Assembly: GCA_047947115.1 (NCBI GenBank)
Contig: CP170459.1
Span: 5,824,001 to 5,888,000, forward strand
Direction of reading: 5' to 3'
DNA: 64,000 nucleotides
Source of the DNA: Verrucomicrobiota bacterium
Lineage (GTDB): Bacteria; Verrucomicrobiota; Verrucomicrobiia; Limisphaerales; AAA164-E04
Of this stretch, positions 31,950 to 42,433 are shown piece by piece. The position numbers and the translations under genes were made by a program. Each line of letters starts with the position of its first letter. Position 1 is the first letter of the stretch. A model generated the notes under the pieces. The model did not search any database, was not told where the DNA came from, and saw only the letters and a program-made list of their open reading frames with translations.

Positions 31950-33785
31950 ATGAAACGTTTTTCCGGTTACATTTTGTGGGGTCTCCTTTTTGCGCTGTCT
32001 CTTTCAGCCGAGAGGCAGATGGAGAAATTGAACCGAGGGATGGTTGCAGTCCCCTTGGAGGATGGTGGTTTTTTTGTGAGTTGGCGATTATTGAAAAGCG
32101 ATCCACCCTCAGTCGGGTTCAATGTATATCGAATATCCGATTCCGGGCAACGGACCAAGGTCAACAGATCCCCCATTGTCGGTGCCACCAGCTTATCGGA
32201 TACCGATCCACAATCACAAGGCACGGTCAGCTACCAATTGGTTTCCGTCCTGAGCCAAAAAGAAGCAGATTCCCAGTCACAGGCGTCGGTTTGGAAAAAG
32301 CCCTATTTGGATATCCCTATTCAACCACTTCCCAACTACCGAATTGGCGATGCATCCGCAGCAGATCTGGATGGCGACGGTGAGCTGGAATTCGTCCTGC
32401 ACCAGACATCCAATGCCAAAGACAATTCCCACGAAGGCATCACGGGAAAGCCGATTCTGGATGCCTACGAAATGGATGGCACTCACCTTTGGCGCATTGA
32501 CCTGGGGATCAACATTCGTGAGGGAGAACATTACACCCAATTCATGGTTTACGATCTGGACGGCGACGGCAAAGCGGAACTTGCTTGCAAAACCGCCGAT
32601 GGCACCGTGGATGGAACAGGCAAGATTATTGGCGACAACAGCAAAGATTATCGGGTTCACGATCCCGTTTCAAAAATGTTTGGCCGCATTCTTAATGGTC
32701 CTGAATACTTTACAATCTTCAGTGGAGAAACCGGCGAGGCGCTGAAAACAGTCGATTATGTTCCAAACCGATACCCCATTGATGGCTGGGGAGGCATCGG
32801 CGGTAATGGTAACAACGATGACTACGGCAATCGATGCGATCGATTCCTGGCCTGCATCGCCTATCTGGATGGAGAACGCCCCAGCGTGGTCATGTGCCGA
32901 GGCGTCTACGGACGTATCGTGATGGCGGCCTGGGACTGGCGAAACGGAGAGTTAAGTCAACGATGGATCTTTGATTCGGGCATTTCCTATCCCCCCTTTG
33001 AAAACGCCTCGCCTTTTTCGGGCATGGGAGGTCACTCATTGAGCGTCGGCGACGTCGACCAGGATGGAAGAGATGAAATCGTATATCAGGGCATGACCGT
33101 GGATGACGACGGCACAGGACTCTACACGACCGGACGGCGACATGGAGATTCCATGCACCTGAGCGATTTTTACCCCGACCGCCCCGGACTTGAAATGTTC
33201 CTGATTACCGAAAACGAAGGTCACACAGTCCGGTTTCAAACTCCGGGAGCCGGCGTGCACGATGCACGCACCGGAGAAATAATCTGGAGTCACAGTCCTG
33301 GCGTGGACGTCGGATCAGGCATGGCCTCGGACATCGATCCGAGACATCCCGGTTATGAGGTATGGGGAGGACCGGGGGGATTGAGGAATCATCTAGGAGA
33401 AGACATCGGTCCCGCACCGAGGTACAGCCGTTGGGTCATCTGGTGGGACGGAGACCTGTTGCGAGAAATCACCGGACGACGGGACATTCACAAATGGAAC
33501 TGGGAAACCAGAACCACCGAACGCATCGCTACCATCGAAACCAGCAGCTACCTCGAACGCCCCAGCCTCTCGGGCGACATCCTGGGAGACTGGCGCGAAG
33601 AACTCCTCGTAGCCGCACCGGATCAACAATCACTCCGCCTCTACACTACCACCATTCCAACGCAACATCGCATTGTCACCCTGCTTCAGGACCCCCAATA
33701 CCGCCTCGCCATCGCCTGGCAAAACGTCGTTTACAACAAACCGCCCCACCCTGGTTTTTTCTTGGGTCACGGGATGAAGAAGTAA
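31950..33785 (+). CDS. Rhamnogalacturonan lyase, PL11 (YesW/YesX-like)
   Basis: RQMEKLNRG, DLDGDG Ca-loops, HYTQFMVYDLDGDGKAE, WQNVVYNKPPHPGFFLG. Confidence 0.92.
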   Translation: MKRFSGYILWGLLFALSLSAERQMEKLNRGMVAVPLEDGGFFVSWRLLKSDPPSVGFNVYRISDSGQRTKVNRSPIVGATSLSDTDPQSQGTVSYQLVSVLSQKEADSQSQASVWKKPYLDIPIQPLPNYRIGDASAADLDGDGELEFVLHQTSNAKDNSHEGITGKPILDAYEMDGTHLWRIDLGINIREGEHYTQFMVYDLDGDGKAELACKTADGTVDGTGKIIGDNSKDYRVHDPVSKMFGRILNGPEYFTIFSGETGEALKTVDYVPNRYPIDGWGGIGGNGNNDDYGNRCDRFLACIAYLDGERPSVVMCRGVYGRIVMAAWDWRNGELSQRWIFDSGISYPPFENASPFSGMGGHSLSVGDVDQDGRDEIVYQGMTVDDDGTGLYTTGRRHGDSMHLSDFYPDRPGLEMFLITENEGHTVRFQTPGAGVHDARTGEIIWSHSPGVDVGSGMASDIDPRHPGYEVWGGPGGLRNHLGEDIGPAPRYSRWVIWWDGDLLREITGRRDIHKWNWETRTTERIATIETSSYLERPSLSGDILGDWREELLVAAPDQQSLRLYTTTIPTQHRIVTLLQDPQYRLAIAWQNVVYNKPPHPGFFLGHGMKK

Positions 33786-33937
33786 TTCTGTCAATCGACC
33801 TCCAAAATCCGGCATTTTGGATTTTCAAGCATATCGAAGAAACAATCCAATCATTCGCTTATGATTGAATTTTCTACCAACAACCCTCATGATGTCCTCC
33901 ATCACCTGAAGATGAAATCACATCGCATTGGAAAGAC

Positions 33938-34786
33938 ATGAAATTACTAAGATTTGGCGAAGCAGGAAACGAAAAACCCGGGATACTTGATAGCGAAGGA
34001 AATATACGTTCCTTGGAACGGGTCATTTATGATTTGAGTGGAGATGCTTTGACATCCTCCAGTCTTGAAAAGTTAAAAACCGTTGATCCTTCAAAACTTC
34101 CGTTAGTGGAAGGCGAACCCCGCATCGGCGCTTGCGTCGGCAATGTTGGAAAGTTCTTGTGCATCGGCTTGAATTACAGTGACCACGCGGAAGAATCGGG
34201 AATGGAAGTTCCGGCTGAACCCGTGTTGTTCATGAAAGCGACCTCGGCAGTCTGTGGCCCTTTCGATGACGTGCTGATTCCACCCGGGTCTGAGAAGACG
34301 GATTGGGAAGTGGAACTGGGCATCATCATCGGAGACCGAGCCAAACATGTTTCAGAAGAAAATGCCCTGAACCATGTCGCCGGTTACTGCGTGATCAACG
34401 ACCTCTCCGAACGTGCCTACCAGTTGGAGCGCTGCGGTCAATGGGTGAAAGGCAAGAGCTACGACACTTTTGCCCCCATGGGACCTTGGTTGGTGACACG
34501 TGATGAAGTTCCAGACCCCGGCAATCTATCACTCTGGTTGGAAGTCGACGGGCATCGTTACCAGAACGGCACGACCCAGAAGATGGTTTTCGGAGTGGCC
34601 AAACTGGTGTCCTATTTGAGCGCTTTCATGACTTTGAACCCGGGCGATGTCATTTCTACCGGAACGCCTCCCGGAGTCGGGCTCGGACAAAAACCTCCGA
34701 CTTATTTGAGACCAGGACAAACCATGCGTTTATCGGTGGAAGGTCTGGGAGAACAGCAACAGACCACCAAAGCTGATACCATTTAA
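33938..34786 (+). CDS. Fumarylacetoacetate hydrolase family protein
   Basis: CIGLNYSDH, DWEVEL, NDLSER, GDVISTGTPPGVG. Confidence 0.95.
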   Translation: MKLLRFGEAGNEKPGILDSEGNIRSLERVIYDLSGDALTSSSLEKLKTVDPSKLPLVEGEPRIGACVGNVGKFLCIGLNYSDHAEESGMEVPAEPVLFMKATSAVCGPFDDVLIPPGSEKTDWEVELGIIIGDRAKHVSEENALNHVAGYCVINDLSERAYQLERCGQWVKGKSYDTFAPMGPWLVTRDEVPDPGNLSLWLEVDGHRYQNGTTQKMVFGVAKLVSYLSAFMTLNPGDVISTGTPPGVGLGQKPPTYLRPGQTMRLSVEGLGEQQQTTKADTI

Positions 34787-34833
34787 CACTGTCCAAACCC
34801 AAACAACCACCTGCGTTGGGATCCCAACTGACC

Positions 34834-36189
34834 ATGAACCCGTTGAACAAACCACCCCAAACCCGTCGACGCTTTTTGAAGCAGGCGGCGGGAATAGCCG
34901 TTTCACCTTCCATCCTGCCCCTCCGCATATTGGGAGCGAAAGAAAACACCGCACCATCCAGTCGGCTGAACGTGGGTGTCATTGGTGTGGGTGGGCGTGG
35001 TTTTGCCCTGATGCAGGAGTTCTTGAAACAGGACGATGTGCAGGTCACGGCCTTGTGTGATGTGGACCGCGAACATTACCGGTCCAATGACTGGGGCAAG
35101 GGACGCGCCTTTGGATTGGAACCGGCGCAGCGCAACTTGGAAAAGCATTACGCGGAACAAAACGGCAAATCGTCCTATCAAGGTTGTTTCGTGACCAAAG
35201 ATTATCGTGAACTTTGCCAACGCGATGACGTGGATGCAGTGATCGTCGCCACTCCCGATCATTGGCACTATCACCAGGTCATGGAAGCTTTGAGTTGTGG
35301 CAAGGATGTTTATTGCGAAAAACCGATTACGCATACCTTCATGGAAGGAAAGATCCTTTACCGTGAAGTCCTCCGAAGAAAAGCCATCTTTCAAACAGGA
35401 TCCCAACAGCGTTCCACCGCCAACTTCCATAAGGCGGTGGAACTCGTACGCAACGGGCACATCGGCCGCATTCAGAAAGTTGAAGTGGGATTGCCTCCCG
35501 GTTATACCGATCCCAAGGTTTCAACGGACATTGAACCGCCCCCATCAGGACTCGATTACGATCTGTGGACCGGCCCCGCCCCCCTGCTCCCCTACATGAG
35601 AGCGCGAAACCATCAGTTATGGCGGGGCCATTTGGCCTATGGTGGAGGCAACATCATGGACTGGATCGGTCATCACAACGACATCGCTCATTGGGGCGCT
35701 GCGATGGATGATACGGGTCCTCTGGAAGTGGAAGCTGTCAACTGGACCGAATCCGAAACGGACGTTTACAATACACCGGTCGAATATGAAATACGGTGTA
35801 TTTACCCTGGAAACATTGACTGGATCATTTCATCCAAACTTCAGATGGGATCCAAATGGATCGGGGAACAAGGATGGATCTATGTCAACCGGGGCAAACT
35901 CGATGCATCCGACAAGCGTTGGGTAGCCAAGGATTTTAATCCCGGCCCCACACGGGTGTTTCGTTCGGTAAACCATGTGCGCAACTTCATTGACGGGGTG
36001 CGTGAGCGAAGAGAATGCATCGCCTCGGCGGAAACCGCTCATCGTTCGATCACGCCGGGGCATTTGGGTTATGTATCACATCGGCTTGGACGCAAATTGA
36101 CATTCGATGCCCGCACAGAACGGGTGTTGAACGACAACGAAGCCAATCAACTGCTTGACGGCGGCTATCGAAAACCCTGGAAAATTTAG
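34834..36189 (+). CDS. Gfo/Idh/MocA oxidoreductase with Tat signal
   Basis: TRRRFLK, IGVGGRG, TPDHWH, YCEKP, QTGSQQRS. Confidence 0.92.
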   Translation: MNPLNKPPQTRRRFLKQAAGIAVSPSILPLRILGAKENTAPSSRLNVGVIGVGGRGFALMQEFLKQDDVQVTALCDVDREHYRSNDWGKGRAFGLEPAQRNLEKHYAEQNGKSSYQGCFVTKDYRELCQRDDVDAVIVATPDHWHYHQVMEALSCGKDVYCEKPITHTFMEGKILYREVLRRKAIFQTGSQQRSTANFHKAVELVRNGHIGRIQKVEVGLPPGYTDPKVSTDIEPPPSGLDYDLWTGPAPLLPYMRARNHQLWRGHLAYGGGNIMDWIGHHNDIAHWGAAMDDTGPLEVEAVNWTESETDVYNTPVEYEIRCIYPGNIDWIISSKLQMGSKWIGEQGWIYVNRGKLDASDKRWVAKDFNPGPTRVFRSVNHVRNFIDGVRERRECIASAETAHRSITPGHLGYVSHRLGRKLTFDARTERVLNDNEANQLLDGGYRKPWKI

Positions 36190-36207
36190 TTCCTGAATTT
36201 CAGATTC

Positions 36208-37401
36208 ATGAATCCGGATCAAGCGAGCAAGGTGTCAGGCGCATCTTTTGAACGAGCCATCGCACTCTTTCGCACTCAATTTCAGGCAGAACCCCGTTGG
36301 GTATCGCATGCCCCCGGCCGAGTCAACCTCATTGGTGAGCACATCGATTACAATGACGGTTTTGTTCTGCCGGCGGCAATTGACAGGCGACTGAGCATCG
36401 CCGCACGCCCCACTGCATCTGAGAAGATCCGTATCTTTTCGGAGCAAGAAGACAGCATCGAAACATTCGATTTAAAACAGCCGTTTCAAGCGCGGAAGAA
36501 TTGGACCGATTATATCACCGGGGTCTTTTGGGAGTGGATCAAGCGGAACGCCACACCATGTGGCCTCGAACTATGCATCGCTTCGGATGTTCCGCTTGGC
36601 GCCGGTTTGAGCAGCAGCGCCGCTTTGGAAGTGGCCACCGCCACACTTCTTGAGGACGCCTGGCATCTTGCATTGTCTCCGACAGAAAAGGCGCTGGCGT
36701 GTCAGTCGGTCGAAGCAAATTACGTCGGAATGCCCTGTGGCATCATGGATCAGTTCATTGTCAGCCTTGGCAAAAAGGATCATCTTTTACTGATAGATTG
36801 CCAAACCAACACGCATGAACTTGTTCCGACGAGAGGGGCATTCCCCACTCTGCTCATCATAAATTCCAACGTGCGCCATGCGCTGACCGATGGCGGCTAC
36901 GCGGCCCGTCGCAGGCAATGCGATGAAGCTTTGGCAGTGATCGGCGAAAGGTCCTGGCGCAATGTGACTCTGGAAGCCCTGGAGAAAAACAAAAGCGAGC
37001 TATCAAAAGTCCATTACCAGAGAGCGCGGCATGTGGTTTCGGAAATCGATCGAACCCAACAAGCCGTCAAAGCCATTCAGGAACGCAACATGGAGCAACT
37101 TGGAAAACTCCTTTACACCAGCCACGATTCTTTACGTCATGATTATGATGTTTCCTGTGTTGAATTGGATTGGATCATTGATCGCCTGCAATCACTGGGA
37201 ACATGCGCCGGCATCTGGGGGGGACGCATCACCGGTGGTGGTTTTGGGGGATGCGCAGTGGCTCTGGTGGAGCCAGATGCCGTATCAACCGCCAGAGACC
37301 ACATCCAAGCGGCCTACCATGAAACGTTCGGCATCCAGCCCGACTTCTTCATCACGCATCCATCCGGCGGATGCGAATGTGTCAATGTGGACATCCCTTG
37401 A
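36208..37401 (+). CDS. galK: Galactokinase
   Basis: APGRVNLIGEHIDYNDG, GAGLSSSAA, CGIMDQ, GGGFGGC. Confidence 0.95.
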   Translation: MNPDQASKVSGASFERAIALFRTQFQAEPRWVSHAPGRVNLIGEHIDYNDGFVLPAAIDRRLSIAARPTASEKIRIFSEQEDSIETFDLKQPFQARKNWTDYITGVFWEWIKRNATPCGLELCIASDVPLGAGLSSSAALEVATATLLEDAWHLALSPTEKALACQSVEANYVGMPCGIMDQFIVSLGKKDHLLLIDCQTNTHELVPTRGAFPTLLIINSNVRHALTDGGYAARRRQCDEALAVIGERSWRNVTLEALEKNKSELSKVHYQRARHVVSEIDRTQQAVKAIQERNMEQLGKLLYTSHDSLRHDYDVSCVELDWIIDRLQSLGTCAGIWGGRITGGGFGGCAVALVEPDAVSTARDHIQAAYHETFGIQPDFFITHPSGGCECVNVDIP

Positions 37402-37415
37402 AAAAAGTTTGCCTG

Positions 37416-39422
37416 TCAAAGGTTCAACAACTGAAGCAAGGCGGCGTCCTTCTCGGGGCCGTCATGAAAATCGAGGGCTCGAAAATATCTCGGCTTTTCA
37501 CTTTCCTCGGTTTTATCGTCCTTGATCAACTGTACCAGCAATCCGGGAGCAGCTTTGCTACGGCTGCGCCAGATGATGTCCCTGCCCGCCGGCGTATTCC
37601 ATTGATCGCCGACCTGGTTCAACCAGGCCTGGAAATAGGCGTCTTCATTACCTTGAGCGCCGATCCCCAGTGCTTCCAGATACCATCGGTCCTTTCCATC
37701 ATGCTGAAGAGCCAGCCTGGCCCACAGATCAGGGGCGTCTTCTGATTTCGAGTAACGAAGAGCAATGGCGCACTCGCGACGCACCACTGGGGAACTGTCC
37801 TGGTTCAATCGTGTTACCAGATCTATGACCTGCGCATTCTGGCTGCGAGCAATGCGAAGCGCCAGCGCGCGGATATTGGGATCCTGATCGGCAAGGGCTC
37901 GCAGCAGGTAATCCTGAGGCTTATCCTTGATCCGGGCGAGCAAATGGAGCGCGCGCGCTCTCAGACGAGGTTGGCTGCTCTGCCATAACTGGAGTAATTC
38001 TGGTTCCGCTTTAGCCTGCATGTCGGAAAGTCGTGTCCAAGCCAAATATCGGATGGCAAGATTGGGCGATTTCAATGCTTCCACGCAATCCTTGGGGGAA
38101 TTGAGACTAGGAGCGCTCACGGCATATTTTGAAGCACCGATTGGTGCGACACGATAGATGCGGCCACTGAGGGTATCCAGCTTCTGATCAGCCATGTGGT
38201 GACCGCCGACTCCGGCATCATTCCAATCCGAAATCATCAATGAACCATCGGGAGCCACCCCGACATCTGAAGGTCGATACCAGGTGTCTTCGGAAGTCAA
38301 AAGGTCTTTGATCTCCGCTTTGTAACCCGCTCCGTCCGGCGAAGCCACATAGGCACGCACGGTGCGAGGACCCGCATCACAGTGGATGACCTGGTTATGA
38401 AACACCTCAGGCAACAAGTGCCCTTCATAAACGGTCATACCAGTCGGCGAACCGGCACCCGTCTGCAACAAGTTTGGTACAACCCCCGGATCGTTCAAAT
38501 GCCAGTGCCGCAGCGGCACTTCGGTTTCCATGTTGGTACGATCTTCCTGCCAGCCTTTGCCGGTCAATTCATCACGGTAGCCATAGTTTCCGTATTCCAT
38601 GACGTAATTGATGCGCACACCACGGTTGCCATCGTCATCATTGTCCGACTGCCAGAGGGTGCCGAACGAATCAACCGCCACTTCATAGTTGTTGCGAAAA
38701 TTGTGCCCCAAAACTTCAAACTGACTTCCATCCATGTTACAGCGAAACACCATGCCCTGTCGGTAAGGCTTGCCTCCACCGGTTACGGGTCGTTCCAGAA
38801 GATCCGTGACCGGACTTCCGTTAGCGTGGTAGATCTGCGAACCACTGTTGCCAAAGTTGAAATACAGTTTTCCGTCCGGACCAAACACTGTGGCATGCAC
38901 ACCATGATCGTGGTCGGTTCCTCCGATACCGGTAAAGAGCACTTCCTTTTTGTCCGCTTTGTCGTCGCCGTCCGTATCGGTGAACAGGAACACATTAGGA
39001 GAACATGCCACGATCACCCTGTTACCCAGCACGCAAATACCCAGCGCGGCATTGACATCATTGCCCTGATAGAAAACGGTGCTCTTATCGGCTTTACCAT
39101 CCTGGTCGGTATCTTCCAGAATAACAATGCGATCTCCTTCGGGGCGCAGTTTACCCCAGGATTGCCAGAGCCGGTAATTGGCTCCCTCCGTAACCCATAC
39201 GCGTCCACGGGCATCGATGTCGAGGTTAGTTGGATTTACCACCATCGGTTCGGAAGCGAAAAGCTGAACCTGCAGGCCCTCGGCAACTTTCAGATGTGAC
39301 AATTGTGCCATGGCTGCATCCGGACCGCTTCCCTGTGGATTCTGAGCGAACAACGAATGAACAAACAAAAGCCCCAGCGCGATTGATGTCGACCGTGAAA
39401 AAGGAGATGTTTTCATATCCAA
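37416..39422 (-). CDS. PVC-type sorbosone-dehydrogenase-like beta-propeller plus HEAT-repeat protein (no CxxCH)
   Basis: LFASEP, DARGRVWV, DTDQDGKAD, FGPDG, NFRNNYE; helical C-terminal repeats. Confidence 0.85.
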   Translation of the reverse strand: MDMKTSPFSRSTSIALGLLFVHSLFAQNPQGSGPDAAMAQLSHLKVAEGLQVQLFASEPMVVNPTNLDIDARGRVWVTEGANYRLWQSWGKLRPEGDRIVILEDTDQDGKADKSTVFYQGNDVNAALGICVLGNRVIVACSPNVFLFTDTDGDDKADKKEVLFTGIGGTDHDHGVHATVFGPDGKLYFNFGNSGSQIYHANGSPVTDLLERPVTGGGKPYRQGMVFRCNMDGSQFEVLGHNFRNNYEVAVDSFGTLWQSDNDDDGNRGVRINYVMEYGNYGYRDELTGKGWQEDRTNMETEVPLRHWHLNDPGVVPNLLQTGAGSPTGMTVYEGHLLPEVFHNQVIHCDAGPRTVRAYVASPDGAGYKAEIKDLLTSEDTWYRPSDVGVAPDGSLMISDWNDAGVGGHHMADQKLDTLSGRIYRVAPIGASKYAVSAPSLNSPKDCVEALKSPNLAIRYLAWTRLSDMQAKAEPELLQLWQSSQPRLRARALHLLARIKDKPQDYLLRALADQDPNIRALALRIARSQNAQVIDLVTRLNQDSSPVVRRECAIALRYSKSEDAPDLWARLALQHDGKDRWYLEALGIGAQGNEDAYFQAWLNQVGDQWNTPAGRDIIWRSRSKAAPGLLVQLIKDDKTEESEKPRYFRALDFHDGPEKDAALLQLLNL

Positions 39423-39497
39423 AAAGAATTGGGCTCACGTTGAACATGAGCCCTGCTTGACCTTGTTATATTGTTTGACTTTGTTCCTATCGAACAA

Positions 39498-40370
39498 TCA
39501 TTTGCCTTTGGGATCCAGGTTTTGTTTCAAATCATCTTCAGAGACAAACGAAACAACCCCTTGAGGTGGCACCTCGACTTTGGCGATCCAGAGCAAGGCA
39601 TTCAAGACAACTTTACGAAAGTTGTCGTTTCCCCAGTTGACATGCCGGTGACCTCCGGTGAATCCAAATCCTCGGCCGCCATCGGGACGTTCTCTCACCC
39701 ACATCATGACTTCGGTTCTGCCCTTGTCCTCCATGATGTGCGGATAAGGCCCTTTGGGCCACACATAAGGACCTTCACGCACATCATCCGAAGGCTTTGC
39801 ACTCAGGATGGGTTTGATACCGTCCATGTCCTTGCGCCAACGCATGTTGAAATACCATTCATCCAGGATTTGAAAAGGTTTGACACCACGTGTGACAGGG
39901 TGATCTGGAAATTCGGAGAAATCCGGTTCCCACATGGGATTCACGCTGTATTGGTGTTCGTAATGCCCACCAATCCACCGATGCAAGGCCGAGCCCGGAT
40001 CGCCTTTGGGCACTTCAACTCCGTAGTGAGCGCAACCGATGCCCACACCTTTTTTGGATAATCGGTCAAGGAGTTGCATGCGCTCGCCCTGAATCGCTGG
40101 ATGGCCATTGCCACCATCAGCATAGATCAAGATGGCATCAGCGGAATTCAACACGGCTTCATCCTTGGGCCATCCCATGTTGTAAACCTCAACATCCACT
40201 CCCGGAACATTCGAAAGGCATTTCTGCATCAGCAGACAGCCGGCATTGAATTCATGATCACCGGGCCCATGACTTGGGCGACCGGCCAGCAGGATGATTT
40301 TTTTGGCGTCAGCTGCCAGGAGACCGGCGGACAGCAAGGCCAGGCATATGGACAAAAATGTGCGCTTCAT
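39498..40370 (-). CDS. ThuA-like (trehalose utilisation domain) protein
   Basis: SHGPGDHE, HYGVE, DEWYFN, GRGFGFTGGH. Confidence 0.88.
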   Translation of the reverse strand: MKRTFLSICLALLSAGLLAADAKKIILLAGRPSHGPGDHEFNAGCLLMQKCLSNVPGVDVEVYNMGWPKDEAVLNSADAILIYADGGNGHPAIQGERMQLLDRLSKKGVGIGCAHYGVEVPKGDPGSALHRWIGGHYEHQYSVNPMWEPDFSEFPDHPVTRGVKPFQILDEWYFNMRWRKDMDGIKPILSAKPSDDVREGPYVWPKGPYPHIMEDKGRTEVMMWVRERPDGGRGFGFTGGHRHVNWGNDNFRKVVLNALLWIAKVEVPPQGVVSFVSEDDLKQNLDPKGK

Positions 40371-40376
40371 TGGATT

Positions 40377-41342
40377 TTATTTCACCCCTTGTACAGGGCT
40401 GATGAAAGGTTGCTGTTTCTGGGTTTCTCGAAGGATGTCGATGGGGCTTTTTCCACGCTTTTGATCCAGGTTGGTCAGGATTTGAGCATCTGTCAAGGCC
40501 ACGTCGACACCGTGTTCTGGTACTTCTGCATGGGCCAACCAGAGCACTGCATTAAGAATGGTTTTGCGGAAATCCGGGTTCCTCCAGTTCAAATGATTGT
40601 GCAGACCGGTGAATCCGAATCCACGACCACCATTTGGACGTTCGAAGGCCCAGGCCACATGCTGCGGCAAACCCTTTGTCACTGCTTCACGCACAGCGGG
40701 ATTACCGCTGTGAGGACCGTCCTGCCGTTCCATCGTTTTTTCTGGAGCCACCGCTGATAAAATAGGGGTCACACCCTTCATACCTTCCGGAAACCTCATG
40801 TGAAAATACCATTCATCATTGACCGCAAACGGTTTGACACCATTGGCGATCGGATGATCCGGAAACGTTTTGAATTCAGCCGTCCAATGGGGATTGACGG
40901 ACCAATGCGTTTCAAAATACCCACCCATCCACTGAAGAAACTCAGCTCCACCCTTGTCTTTGGGAACCTCGACACCGTAATGCAGACAACCGAATCCGGC
41001 CCCGTTATCCATGACTTTTTGCAACTGCTCCAGACGACCTTCCTGAATGGCCAGATGACGATCTCCGCCCGTGCAGAAAATGATCACGGCATCCGCACCA
41101 TCCAAAGCTTTGGGATCATTTGGCCAACCACCGGTATGGACCTGGACATCCAAACCTTCGATGTCCTTCAGGCAGTATTCAATCAGCATGCACCCGGCCT
41201 TATGTTCGTGCTGAAGCACGCCATGGGAGGGAGGTCCGGCAATGAGCACAACCTTTTTTGCATCGGCATGGAGTCCGGTCATCAGTGAGGCGCCCATGAC
41301 AGCGGCCAAAAAGAAGGATGAAAGAAAACGCGAGATTCTCAT
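40377..41342 (-). CDS. ThuA-like protein (paralogue)
   Basis: SHGVLQHE, HYGVE, DEWYFH, GRGFGFTGLH. Confidence 0.88.
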   Translation of the reverse strand: MRISRFLSSFFLAAVMGASLMTGLHADAKKVVLIAGPPSHGVLQHEHKAGCMLIEYCLKDIEGLDVQVHTGGWPNDPKALDGADAVIIFCTGGDRHLAIQEGRLEQLQKVMDNGAGFGCLHYGVEVPKDKGGAEFLQWMGGYFETHWSVNPHWTAEFKTFPDHPIANGVKPFAVNDEWYFHMRFPEGMKGVTPILSAVAPEKTMERQDGPHSGNPAVREAVTKGLPQHVAWAFERPNGGRGFGFTGLHNHLNWRNPDFRKTILNAVLWLAHAEVPEHGVDVALTDAQILTNLDQKRGKSPIDILRETQKQQPFISPVQGVK

Positions 41343-41370
41343 GTGTTATCGAGGGTTTAACAAGGTCTAC

Positions 41371-42381
41371 TTACTGTTTGCGCATTCCGGTCCATTTCAT
41401 ACTCAGCGAATCGTTGAAACTCACTTCACCGGCCAAGGTTCCATCGAGCTGGTGATGGCCCCTGTAATGAGCGACGACATTCTGGCCTTGATATTCACCG
41501 GAAACTGAAAATTTTAAGGAATCTCCGTTCACGGTTCCCTGCACAGACTGTTTGCCCAGCAGCCCTTGGTATTGACCCGCCAGATGGGTCCCCTCTTGTT
41601 CAAAGAAGAAGACTGGTGTTCCGACACCTTGGTCTGAATACACTTTAACATCCCAGACGCCACCCACTTCGACAGGGTTGATTTTTCGGATTTTAATATC
41701 ACGAAACTGAACCGTCATGGGAGGTCCGGCATGCAATTGAAGGGCAAGAATTCCGGAACTCACACGGTTCTCAATGTCATTGTCGACCACGATGGCCGTG
41801 ACACGACCGTTGATCATGTGCACGAACCGGTTTTCATGAGCGATGATTTTGTAGTCGTTCCAATCTTCTTTTTTGATGTTGGCCTGAATATCTGCTGACT
41901 CACCCAGGGAACCCATGACTTCGATTTCGGGTTTCTTTTCACCGGGAAGGATTTGGGTAAATTGCCCTCGTTGAGCCAGGATGCCTCTTCCCTTTTCTTC
42001 GTAGAGAATGCCGGAGTAGGTATTTCCGGCCTCAAAGTCACCTTGGTAACCGCCTACAACCCAGTTTCCGAGGTCTTTACTGCGGTATTGAATGCCGGAG
42101 TTCCCGTTGATGATTTTGTATTGAAGGCGCAGTTCAAAATCTCCCACTGTGCCACCACGCCAGATGATAAAAGTATTGCCGCGTGTAGGGTTTTCTGCGG
42201 TCGTTTGCCCGGTGATGGCTCCGTCCCTTACGGACCAGAACTTGGGATTCCCATCCCACCCTTCAAGATCCTTGCCATTGAACAAGGAGACAAATCCATC
42301 GGTATCGGCAGCTGTTGCCTGAAAAGTCAAACCTGCCAGCAAAGCGGCAGCCGCTAAAGTTGAGCGCAAAGAGGTTTTCAT
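41371..42381 (-). CDS. DUF1080 (3-keto-disaccharide hydrolase-like) protein with an extra C-terminal beta domain
   Basis: SLFNGKDLEGW, NSGIQYRS, WNDY, LQLHAG, FRDIKIR. Confidence 0.92.
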   Translation of the reverse strand: MKTSLRSTLAAAALLAGLTFQATAADTDGFVSLFNGKDLEGWDGNPKFWSVRDGAITGQTTAENPTRGNTFIIWRGGTVGDFELRLQYKIINGNSGIQYRSKDLGNWVVGGYQGDFEAGNTYSGILYEEKGRGILAQRGQFTQILPGEKKPEIEVMGSLGESADIQANIKKEDWNDYKIIAHENRFVHMINGRVTAIVVDNDIENRVSSGILALQLHAGPPMTVQFRDIKIRKINPVEVGGVWDVKVYSDQGVGTPVFFFEQEGTHLAGQYQGLLGKQSVQGTVNGDSLKFSVSGEYQGQNVVAHYRGHHQLDGTLAGEVSFNDSLSMKWTGMRKQ

Positions 42382-42433
42382 GGTAAAAAAATTCGGCCGG
42401 GATTTCCGGCCGATGGTTTGTTAAAGATGAGAT